Shown here: positions 56,543 through 64,000 of the stretch, piece after piece
Layout of the letters: the number at the start of each line of letters is the position of its first letter
Position numbering within the stretch: position 1 is the stretch's first letter
Source: Bacteroidia bacterium
Lineage (GTDB): Bacteria > Bacteroidota > Bacteroidia > M30B66
Direction of reading: 5' to 3'
DNA: 64,000 nt
NCBI GenBank assembly: GCA_965279035.1
Contig: OZ257142.1
Span: 2,592,001-2,656,000 of the forward strand
Notes under the pieces: generated by a model
Told to the model about the DNA's origin: nothing
What the model saw: the letters and a program-made list of their open reading frames with translations, nothing else
Database searches by the model: none
Position numbers and translations under genes: made by a program

Positions 56543-58063
56543 TTGAGTATCTACATCAAAAAATACCGTTGGAAACTTTGGCTTGCTGTAATGGCAGTCT
56601 TGATCATTGCAGCCTCGCTTTGGTACACCAATGAATTAGTAAAAAAGGTATCCAAAGAAGAACGTAAGAAAGTGGAATTGTGGGCAGATGCTGTTCGCAA
56701 TCGAGCCGAGTTAGTAAAGTACACCGAAAGTTTATTCGATCGCCTAAAAACCGAAGAGCGCAAACGTGCCGAAATCTGGGCTCAAGCAACTCAGAATTTA
56801 AGTACAACCGAAGATGACGATGCCCGTTCTTTCTACCTTAAAGTAGTTTCTGAGAACAATACAATTCCAGCAATTATTGTTGATCAGCAAAATCGTGTCA
56901 ACTACATTACCAATGCCGATACTGCCGGTTTCGGAAAATCTGAATTTTTCACTGGGAAAGTAAAAGCTGCTTTTTCAGATCATCGTCCCATCGTAATTGA
57001 TGATGGTTTCTCCAATACCTTTTTCATCTACTACCAAGACTCGCGCGTTTTTAGTGAACTACGCGAAGTTCTAGACAATATCATCAAATCCTTCATTTCC
57101 GAAGTTGTTGTTAATTCGGCGAGCGTTCCTGTAATCGTTGTTGATAAAAGGAAACGTCATGTGATTGCATCAGGAAACCTCGATCAGAAAATCGTTTCCG
57201 ACACTAGTGCGATGCTTAATTTAACGACAAGCATGGCTTCCGAAAACACACCTTTGGAGATTGAATTGCCTGATTATGGAAAATGTAGCATATACTACCA
57301 AGGCTCGTTTTTGCTTACACAGTTAAAGTATTATCCGGTTATTCAGTTTACCGTGATCGCCTTGTTTATGGTCTTGGCTTATTTCCTTTTTAATTTCTCA
57401 CGCCGAGCAGAACAAAATCAAGTTTGGGTTGGTATGTCTAAGGAAACGGCGCATCAATTAGGCACACCACTTTCGAGTCTTATTGCATGGATTGAGATAT
57501 TGCGCATGAAAGGCATCGATGAAGAAACCTTGGGCGAAATGGGCAAGGACATCAAACGCCTTGAAATCATTACCGAACGCTTTTCTAAAATTGGCTCTAA
57601 ACCAGAACTCAAACCGCAAGATTTAGAACAAGTTCTTGAGGAAAGTATTGGTTATATGCGACCTAGAACTTCACGTAAGATTAGTATTGATCTGTTTAAT
57701 CTTTTACCTAATGATGATCGGATCATTGTGAAGCTCAATGTTCCTTTATTCGATTGGGTGATTGAAAATCTATTTCGCAATGCGATTGATGCCATGGAAA
57801 CTTCGGGGTCTTTGGAAGTGCATTTTGGTTTGAAGGGCAAATTCGCATATATCGATGTAGCCGATACGGGAAAAGGAATTGTTAAATCGAAATTGAAAAC
57901 CGTTTTTCAACCAGGTTATACAAGTAAGAAACGTGGTTGGGGATTAGGATTATCATTAGCAAAACGCATCATCGAAGAATATCATAAAGGGAAGATTTTT
58001 GTTCGTAGATCAGAAATTGGAAAAGGAACTACATTCAGGATATTGCTACCTATTTCCGAATAG
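56543..58063 (+). CDS. Sensor histidine kinase with duplicated periplasmic module
   Basis: KETAHQLGTPLSSL, ENLFRNAIDAM, DTGKG, GWGLGL; TTG start. Confidence 0.92.
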   Translation: MSIYIKKYRWKLWLAVMAVLIIAASLWYTNELVKKVSKEERKKVELWADAVRNRAELVKYTESLFDRLKTEERKRAEIWAQATQNLSTTEDDDARSFYLKVVSENNTIPAIIVDQQNRVNYITNADTAGFGKSEFFTGKVKAAFSDHRPIVIDDGFSNTFFIYYQDSRVFSELREVLDNIIKSFISEVVVNSASVPVIVVDKRKRHVIASGNLDQKIVSDTSAMLNLTTSMASENTPLEIELPDYGKCSIYYQGSFLLTQLKYYPVIQFTVIALFMVLAYFLFNFSRRAEQNQVWVGMSKETAHQLGTPLSSLIAWIEILRMKGIDEETLGEMGKDIKRLEIITERFSKIGSKPELKPQDLEQVLEESIGYMRPRTSRKISIDLFNLLPNDDRIIVKLNVPLFDWVIENLFRNAIDAMETSGSLEVHFGLKGKFAYIDVADTGKGIVKSKLKTVFQPGYTSKKRGWGLGLSLAKRIIEEYHKGKIFVRRSEIGKGTTFRILLPISE

Positions 58064-58092
58064 TTCCTTTCAATTTTCATTCATCACCCATC

Positions 58093-59205
58093 GTGCTTTA
58101 TCTCCATATTCCATTTTGCAAACAGGCTTGTACGTATTGTGATTTTCACTTTACAACCTCGGTGCGTTATAAATCGGAATTGGTAGATGCCTTGATTCGG
58201 GAAATGGAAATTCGTTCCGAAGAAATTCAACCAGAGCTATCTTCTGTTTATTTCGGTGGAGGAACTCCTTCTCAACTTTCTGCATTCGAATTGGAAAAAC
58301 TCCTGTCGTTTATTCAAAAACGGTTTGGAATTTCGAATACAGCCGAAATCACCTTAGAAGCCAATCCCGACGATTTATCCAAAGACAAACTACTCGAGTT
58401 AAAATCATTAGGAATAAACCGCTTAAGTATTGGCGTGCAGTCCTTTTTCGACGAAGATCTTCATTTCATGAATCGAGCACATCGGGCAGATGAAGCGATG
58501 CAATGCATTGATCTTGCTGCACAATCAGGCTTCGATCAAATCAGCATCGATTTAATTTATGGAACTCCCGGTTTAAGCGATTCACGTTGGATTGAAAATC
58601 TCCGAAAAGCAGCATCTTTCCCTATCAATCATCTTTCGTGTTATGCGCTCACCGTTGAACCCAATACGCCTTTAGCCAAAGGAATTCGATTAGGAAATTA
58701 TCTAAATCCAGAAGAAGAACAAGCTGCTCATCAGTTTGAAATACTGCAGAAAATGGCTCCAGAACTTGGATTTGTGCATTATGAAATCAGCAATTTATCA
58801 CGTGGAAATCAGATAGCCGTTCATAATTCATCCTATTGGAAAGGAAACTCCTATGTTGGAATTGGTCCTTCTGCTCATTCATTTGATGGAAAAACCCGTC
58901 GTGTAAATGAAGCAAATAATACCCGCTACATTCGTGGATTAATTCATGGTGATTGTCCTAACGTACTGGAAGTAATAGATAAGAAGACACGATACAACGA
59001 ATTGGTTTTGACTGGATTGAGAACGATCAATGGCATCAATAAAATAGCGCTCATACAATTAGGCAAAGAGAGTATTCAGTATTTTACTAAGGCTCGAAAA
59101 AACCTTCCTGATCCAAGCATCATTACTGAAACCGAAACTGCTTTTACTTTAGCCCCAAGTTCTTGGTTATTTGCCGATGGAATTGCTAGTCGATTATTTC
59201 AATAA
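58093..59205 (+). CDS. hemW: Radical SAM heme chaperone HemW
   Basis: YLHIPFCKQACTYCDF, FGGGTPS, YEISN, HNSSYW, GIGPSAHS. Confidence 0.9.
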   Translation: MLYLHIPFCKQACTYCDFHFTTSVRYKSELVDALIREMEIRSEEIQPELSSVYFGGGTPSQLSAFELEKLLSFIQKRFGISNTAEITLEANPDDLSKDKLLELKSLGINRLSIGVQSFFDEDLHFMNRAHRADEAMQCIDLAAQSGFDQISIDLIYGTPGLSDSRWIENLRKAASFPINHLSCYALTVEPNTPLAKGIRLGNYLNPEEEQAAHQFEILQKMAPELGFVHYEISNLSRGNQIAVHNSSYWKGNSYVGIGPSAHSFDGKTRRVNEANNTRYIRGLIHGDCPNVLEVIDKKTRYNELVLTGLRTINGINKIALIQLGKESIQYFTKARKNLPDPSIITETETAFTLAPSSWLFADGIASRLFQ

Positions 59206-59257
59206 GTGTTTTTAAAGAAATTTCTTGAATTGAACTGGCATTTATTATTTTTAACGC

Positions 59258-59740
59258 ATGAGTACATCAGCCGATAAATTAGATGCGATAGATTATAAAA
59301 TCCTAAAACTTCTTCAAGAAGATGGAAGGATGACGAACTTGGAATTAAGCAATCAAATAGGCCTCTCGCCTGCTCCAACGCTCGAACGCGTAAAGAAATT
59401 AGAAAAGCAAAAGTTCATCGATGGCTATCATGCGCGCTTGAATAAAACCAAACTCAAATTGGGAGTTAGTGTTTTCATTGAAGTGAGTTTAGCTCGTCAG
59501 GTAGAAAATGTGATTAACAAATTCAAAGACCGCATTATGGGCATTCCCGAAATCATGGAATGTTACCAAATAACCGGAAATGCCGATTATCTCTTGAAAG
59601 TTCTTGTTCAAGATATTCCTGCATTCGAAAAATTAATTGCCGATCAGTTTTCAAAAATGGAAGAAGTTCGCCACGTTGAAACCATGTTAATCATCTCCGA
59701 AATAAAACAATCCCGAACATTACCACTGAAATATGATTAA
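59258..59740 (+). CDS. Lrp/AsnC family transcriptional regulator
   Basis: LDAIDYKILKLLQEDGRMTNLELSNQIGLSPAPTLERVKKLE, ECYQITGNADYLLKV. Confidence 0.93.
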   Translation: MSTSADKLDAIDYKILKLLQEDGRMTNLELSNQIGLSPAPTLERVKKLEKQKFIDGYHARLNKTKLKLGVSVFIEVSLARQVENVINKFKDRIMGIPEIMECYQITGNADYLLKVLVQDIPAFEKLIADQFSKMEEVRHVETMLIISEIKQSRTLPLKYD

Positions 59741-59743
59741 ACA

Positions 59744-59816
59744 GCTGCCTTCGACAAGCTCAGGCAGCGACTTTCTCAAGCAGCGTTTTCCGCTCCCTGA
59801 GCTTGTCGAAGGGAGC
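59744..59816. repeat. Inverted pair of REP-like units (CCTTCGACAAGCTCAGG / CCTGAGCTTGTCGAAGG)
   Basis: 17-bp perfect inverted repeat at 59748-59764 and 59796-59812. Confidence 0.85.
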
Positions 59817-59850
59817 ACTCTCATACATAATTATAAGAATCATCTGGCTA

Positions 59851-59986
59851 GCTCCCCGGAATGAATTCCAGGGATGCGAGATTAAGTAAATCAACATATG
59901 AGAAAAACAATCATCAGCCTTCATTCATCATCATACCTGCTCCCCGGAATGAATTCTGGGGATGCGAGATTAAGTAAATCAGCATA
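59851..59986. repeat. Two 48-bp direct repeats with an internal hairpin, 40-bp spacer
   Basis: GCTCCCCGGAATGAATTC(CA/TG)GGGATGCGAGATTAAGTAAATCA(A/G)CATA at 59851 and 59939. Confidence 0.85.
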
Positions 59987-59994
59987 GTAAAACA

Positions 59995-60178
59995 CAAGCA
60001 CATTTCCCGATAGCTATCGGGACCATCAGCACACCAGCATATTAATCATCAGCACATCAATAATCAGCAAACCAGCACATCAATAATCAGCACATTTGCA
60101 CATCATTCACCAACACATCTCCCGATAGCTATCGGGATCATCAGCACACTAGCACATTATTAATCAGCACACCAACAT
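59995..60178. repeat. CAGCACAT-type short-repeat tract with two 18-bp palindromes TCCCGATAGCTATCGGGA
   Basis: About a dozen degenerate octamers; perfect palindromes at 60005-60022 and 60120-60137. Confidence 0.85.
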
Positions 60179-60179
60179 C

Positions 60180-60524
60180 ATGAACATCGAAGAAATCCGT
60201 GAATTCAGCTTGAGTTTGCCTCATGTAACAGAAGATTTCCCCTTTGATGAATACACGCTAGCACTTCGTATTGGTGGGAAAATATTTTCGCTCATTCCTT
60301 TGGAAAAAGGTGGTCAAATGAATTTAAAATGTGATCCCGAGCGAGCAATCAGTCTTCGAGAAGAATATACTGCCATTGAACCAGGATATCATATGAGCAA
60401 AACCAATTGGAACACGGTTCACTTTGACGCGTTGCCTTCAGAATTAATCAAAGACCTCATTCAACATTCCTATAATTTAGTATTTGCAAGCCTTACTCGA
60501 AAAGTCAAAGAGAGTTTAATATGA
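60180..60524 (+). CDS. MmcQ/YjbR family DNA-binding protein
   Basis: EDFPFD, GGKIF, NLKCDPE, PGYHMSKTNWNTV, SYNLV. Confidence 0.92.
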   Translation: MNIEEIREFSLSLPHVTEDFPFDEYTLALRIGGKIFSLIPLEKGGQMNLKCDPERAISLREEYTAIEPGYHMSKTNWNTVHFDALPSELIKDLIQHSYNLVFASLTRKVKESLI

Positions 60525-60847
60525 ATTGGCTCCTTCTCTTAATCGCCGGTCTTTTCGAAGTTGGTTTTGCAACATGCCTAGGGAAAGCAAAAGAATCAAC
60601 AGGGAATTCTGCTTTATTTTGGATGATTGGATTTTTCATCTGTCTTTCAATCAGCATGAGTTTATTGTATAAAGCAAGTCAAACAATCCCCATTGGAACT
60701 GCTTATGCTGTTTGGACTGGAGTTGGCGCCGTTGGAACAGTCATTATTGGACTATTATTATTTAAAGAACCAGCAGATGTTTGGAGAATATTTTTCCTCT
60801 GTACACTCATTGCTTCGATCATAGGATTGAAGGTTGTAAGCCACTAA
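60521..60847 (+). CDS. SMR family transporter (SugE/Gdx-like)
   Basis: WLLLLIAGLFEV, IPIGTAYAVWTGVGAVGT, IIGLK. Confidence 0.9.
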   Translation: MNWLLLLIAGLFEVGFATCLGKAKESTGNSALFWMIGFFICLSISMSLLYKASQTIPIGTAYAVWTGVGAVGTVIIGLLLFKEPADVWRIFFLCTLIASIIGLKVVSH

Positions 60848-60865
60848 AACTTTCGCCGATTGGCT

Positions 60866-60873
60866 TACATTTG
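60866..60873 (+). promoter_or_regulatory. -7 box TACATTTG
   Basis: TAnnTTTG match 18 nt upstream of the ATG at 60892. Confidence 0.6.
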
Positions 60874-60891
60874 CAGCATATTATTTTGTAA

Positions 60892-61470
60892 ATGAATCCT
60901 GTCAGTAATTTTTTCCGCCGATTATTTCGTCGTTTTACCAGTTATTTCCTAAAAGGTCTTGTGTTAATTGTTCCCTTAGGAATTACTGTTTATGTTGTAT
61001 ATAAAGTATTTATGTTTCTCGATGGACTTATACCGTATGAAGTTCCAGGAGTAAGTATTTTGATTATCATATTTGGCACTGCATTTCTTGGTCTCATTGG
61101 TACTGCACTCATCCAAACTCCACTTAAATCACTCTTCAACAAAACAATAGATCGTGTTCCTCTCATCAAAGTAATTTATACTTCTGTTCGAGATATGCTC
61201 GCTGCTTTTGTTGGGAATGAAAAACGATTCAATAAACCAGTCATGGTCAAAGTAGGACGAGATTCTGATTTGTATAAATTGGGTTTTGTTACTCAAAAAG
61301 ACCTCAGCTATTTAGGTATTAAAGAAGGAAAATCGGCGGTGTATTTACCTCATAGCTATAATTTTTCGGGTAATTTATTTATTGTAGACAACGATTTGAT
61401 TACTCCGATTGATGCACCATCTGATGAAATAATGAAGTTTATTGTTTCTGGTGGAATTACTCGAATATAA
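60892..61470 (+). CDS. DUF502 membrane protein
   Basis: YFLKGLVLIVPLGIT, RVPLIKVIYTSVRD, LGFVT, VYLPHSYNFSG, MKFIVSGG. Confidence 0.9.
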   Translation: MNPVSNFFRRLFRRFTSYFLKGLVLIVPLGITVYVVYKVFMFLDGLIPYEVPGVSILIIIFGTAFLGLIGTALIQTPLKSLFNKTIDRVPLIKVIYTSVRDMLAAFVGNEKRFNKPVMVKVGRDSDLYKLGFVTQKDLSYLGIKEGKSAVYLPHSYNFSGNLFIVDNDLITPIDAPSDEIMKFIVSGGITRI

Positions 61471-61556
61471 ATTGAATTGAATTGATCGAAATAATTTCTT
61501 TAGAGCTATTTCCTTTTTCTAATTTCCCCGATTAACTTTACCACTTAGCCTTTTCT

Positions 61557-63011
61557 ATGCAAATTCTTCATATAAGTGCCGAATGTTATCCTGCCGCAAA
61601 AGCTGGTGGATTGGGCGATGTAGTTGGAGCACTTCCTAAATATCTTAGTCAAGCAGGGCATCCATCAGCCGTTATCATTCCTAAATACATGCAGAAATGG
61701 ATTCAAAATCAACCATTCGAGCGTATTTATAGCACCTTGATTCGTTTAGGCGATATGCTCGTTCCGGCGCACGTCGAACGTCATACCGGAAATCCTCTTG
61801 GTTTTGGATTGTATGTAGTTGACATTCCTGGATTTTTTGATCGTGAAGGAATTTATACCGACATCCACACGGGGTATGGCTACAGCGATGAACCAGAACG
61901 TTATGTCCTTTTTCAGCAAGCAGCTTTGAGATTCATTCTTGAAATGGACGAAAAACCTTCTGTTATTCATTGTCACGATCATCATACTGGATTAATTCCA
62001 TTTATGATGAAACATTGTCCCGAATACCGCGAATTAGCCGATATTCCTAGCGTTTTCACTATACACAATGGACAATATCATGGTGCATTTGGTTGGAATA
62101 GAAGCTGGATTTTGCCTTGGTATGATGCCAGTGCTAATGGTTTACTTGAATGGGATCATACCATCAATCCACTAGCTTGTGCAATAAAATGTTGCTGGAA
62201 ATTCAGTACGGTTTCGGGTGGATATTTAAATGAATTACGCTATGCTGCTAATGGTTTGGAAAGCCTTATCAATATGGAGTTCCATAAAGCATCAGGTATT
62301 GTAAATGGAATAGATAATCAAGTGTGGGATCCTGCAAATGATGATCGTATTGCACAACCATTTTCAAATGATGTTGCTCAATATAAAGCAGTCAATAAGC
62401 AAGTAATTGCGGAACGTTTTGCTATTCAATCGGACTTACCATTAATCACTTTTATTGGGAGATTGGTTTCCGAAAAAGGAGCTGATATTATTCCCGGAGC
62501 AATCTTTCGCTTCTTAGAACAAGGTGGTCAAGCAGCGTTTGTTGTTTTGGGAACAGGCGATCCTGCTTTACGCGATATTTTCCTCCAAATGCGTGATAAA
62601 CTCTGGAGTTATTTCGATACTTCTATCGAATACAACGAAACACTTTCACACCAATTGTATGCTGGCAGCGATTATTTAATGATGCCTTCGCGTGTTGAAC
62701 CTTGCGGATTGAATCAACTCTATTCGTTTCGTTACGGAACCATACCAATCGTTCGCAGCATTGGCGGACTAGCCGAAACGGTAATCGATATTTCACAACC
62801 CAATGGAAATGGAATTCGGTTTGACGATTTTAGCGAAGATGCTCTTTGTCGTTCTTTTCATCGTGCTGCTGAATTATATAAACACACTGAATTCCTCAAC
62901 ACATTGAGATTGCAAATCATGCAACTCGATTTCAGTTGGGAAAAAGCAGCAAATCAATACATTTCAATTTACCAATCTCTACAAATTCATCAGTATGAAA
63001 GGAGCAATTAA
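61557..63011 (+). CDS. glgA: Glycogen synthase
   Basis: AECYPAAKAGGLGDV, HCHDHHTG, FTIHN, GRLVSEKG, MPSRVEPCGLNQL. Confidence 0.95.
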   Translation: MQILHISAECYPAAKAGGLGDVVGALPKYLSQAGHPSAVIIPKYMQKWIQNQPFERIYSTLIRLGDMLVPAHVERHTGNPLGFGLYVVDIPGFFDREGIYTDIHTGYGYSDEPERYVLFQQAALRFILEMDEKPSVIHCHDHHTGLIPFMMKHCPEYRELADIPSVFTIHNGQYHGAFGWNRSWILPWYDASANGLLEWDHTINPLACAIKCCWKFSTVSGGYLNELRYAANGLESLINMEFHKASGIVNGIDNQVWDPANDDRIAQPFSNDVAQYKAVNKQVIAERFAIQSDLPLITFIGRLVSEKGADIIPGAIFRFLEQGGQAAFVVLGTGDPALRDIFLQMRDKLWSYFDTSIEYNETLSHQLYAGSDYLMMPSRVEPCGLNQLYSFRYGTIPIVRSIGGLAETVIDISQPNGNGIRFDDFSEDALCRSFHRAAELYKHTEFLNTLRLQIMQLDFSWEKAANQYISIYQSLQIHQYERSN

Positions 63012-64000
63012 AATGATCTGCCTCATTTTAGGAGGCGGACAAGGAAGTCGTTTGTATCCTTTAACCAGCAGTCGTTCTAAGCCAGCTGTTCCAATTGGTG
63101 GTAAATACCGTTTGATCGATATTCCCATTTCAAATTGTATCAATTCGGGCGTTCGACGGATGTTTGTGTTGACTCAGTTTAATTCTGCTTCACTCAATAG
63201 ACACATCAAAAACACCTATCACTTCGATAATTTTAGTGCAGGATTTGTCGACATTTTAGCAGCCGAACAAACACCCAATAGCGATAAGTGGTTTCAAGGA
63301 ACTGCCGATGCGGTAAGGCAAAGTATGCATCACTTGACAGGACATGATTTTGATTATGTGTTGATTTTAAGTGGAGATCAATTGTATCAAATGGACTTTA
63401 AGCTGATGGCTGAATTTCATATTGATCATAAAGCTGATTTGACTATTGCTACAATTCCGGTGGATAAAAATGATGCTCCCGAGTTTGGCATTATGAAAGT
63501 GAACAAAAGCAATGTAATTGAAACGTTCATTGAAAAACCTAAGCCTGAAGTTCTATCAGAATGGACTTCTCATGTTCCAAACTCACTTAAAAAGAAAGGT
63601 CGTGAATATCTAGCTTCAATGGGAATTTATATTTTTAGAAAAGATGCTTTAAAACGTCTCTTTGATGAAAACCCAGATGCCACCGACTTTGGAAAAGGAA
63701 TTATTCCTGCAGCTATTAAATCGGGTTATAATGTTGCTTCCTTCCAGTTTGATAATTATTGGACCGACATAGGAAACATTCGTTCGTTCTATGAAGCTAA
63801 TTTGGAATTATGCGACAATCTTCCAAAATTCAATTTGTTCGATAACCACAAACGGATTTATAGTCGTGCACGTGCCCTTGCTCCTTCTAAGTTTTTTGGA
63901 ACACGATTAAATAAATCGATCGTTGCCGAAGGATGTATCATTCATGCTAAACTGATCGATTATTCTGTGATTGGTGTTCGCTCACGCATAGGATCGAAAA
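62995..64000 (+). CDS. glgC: Glucose-1-phosphate adenylyltransferase (runs off the right edge)
   Basis: Not in the ORF track. MKGAIKMICLILGGGQGSRLYPLTSSRSKPAVPIGGKYRLIDIPISNC...WFQGTADAVR...ILSGDQLY...ASMGIY. Confidence 0.96.
   Translation, partial: MKGAIKMICLILGGGQGSRLYPLTSSRSKPAVPIGGKYRLIDIPISNCINSGVRRMFVLTQFNSASLNRHIKNTYHFDNFSAGFVDILAAEQTPNSDKWFQGTADAVRQSMHHLTGHDFDYVLILSGDQLYQMDFKLMAEFHIDHKADLTIATIPVDKNDAPEFGIMKVNKSNVIETFIEKPKPEVLSEWTSHVPNSLKKKGREYLASMGIYIFRKDALKRLFDENPDATDFGKGIIPAAIKSGYNVASFQFDNYWTDIGNIRSFYEANLELCDNLPKFNLFDNHKRIYSRARALAPSKFFGTRLNKSIVAEGCIIHAKLIDYSVIGVRSRIGSK

Noticed and set aside
59851-60137. CRISPR array
   Set aside because: Only two copies of each repeat type, the inter-palindrome sequence is itself repetitive, and there are no cas genes in the window. 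Kept as repeats.
60400-60520. Guanidine riboswitch ahead of the SugE/Gdx-like SMR gene
   Set aside because: The SMR start overlaps the yjbR stop (ATGA), leaving no leader, and I saw no twin ACGR-loop hairpins.
2621-61985. Numerous 60-170 aa antisense or alternate-frame ORFs (for example 4533, 11257, 45186, 45630, 52024, 53284, 53667)
   Set aside because: They lie within well-supported genes, have no motifs, and show the composition expected of shadow frames.

Overview
Mostly core-chromosome DNA from an AT-rich Bacteroidota bacterium. The evidence is T9SS C-terminal domains, TAnnTTTG -7 promoter boxes and few Shine-Dalgarno motifs. Housekeeping genes: mfd (partial), pdxA, pepA, acs, proC, asnC, an RNase D-like gene, mutL, two rhomboids, hemW, glgA and glgC (partial). 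Also present are a CzcCBA-type efflux operon with its two-component pair, a VWA/AAA+ pair and a PlcP/LpxH-like phosphoesterase with a glycosyltransferase. I found no rRNA, tRNA, transposase, integrase, prophage or CRISPR. The most interesting parts are: (1) a translationally coupled, uncharacterised operon at 29.1-36.8 kb (DUF1549-like lipoproteins, a Tat-exported DUF1501-like protein split by a 1-nt frameshift, a CX4CH heme lipoprotein and a T9SS repeat protein); (2) a cytochrome c lipoprotein-YceI-DUF5777 barrel cluster at 20.5-24.1 kb; (3) two 116-nt structured elements at 9.9 kb and 52.7 kb with compensatory base changes, resembling Flavo-1; (4) two candidate small RNAs, one showing an anti-SD loop; (5) a shared operator flanking a NarL-type regulator; (6) a mosaic of repeat families at 59.7-60.2 kb. 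All family assignments come from motifs recognised by eye; no database search was run.
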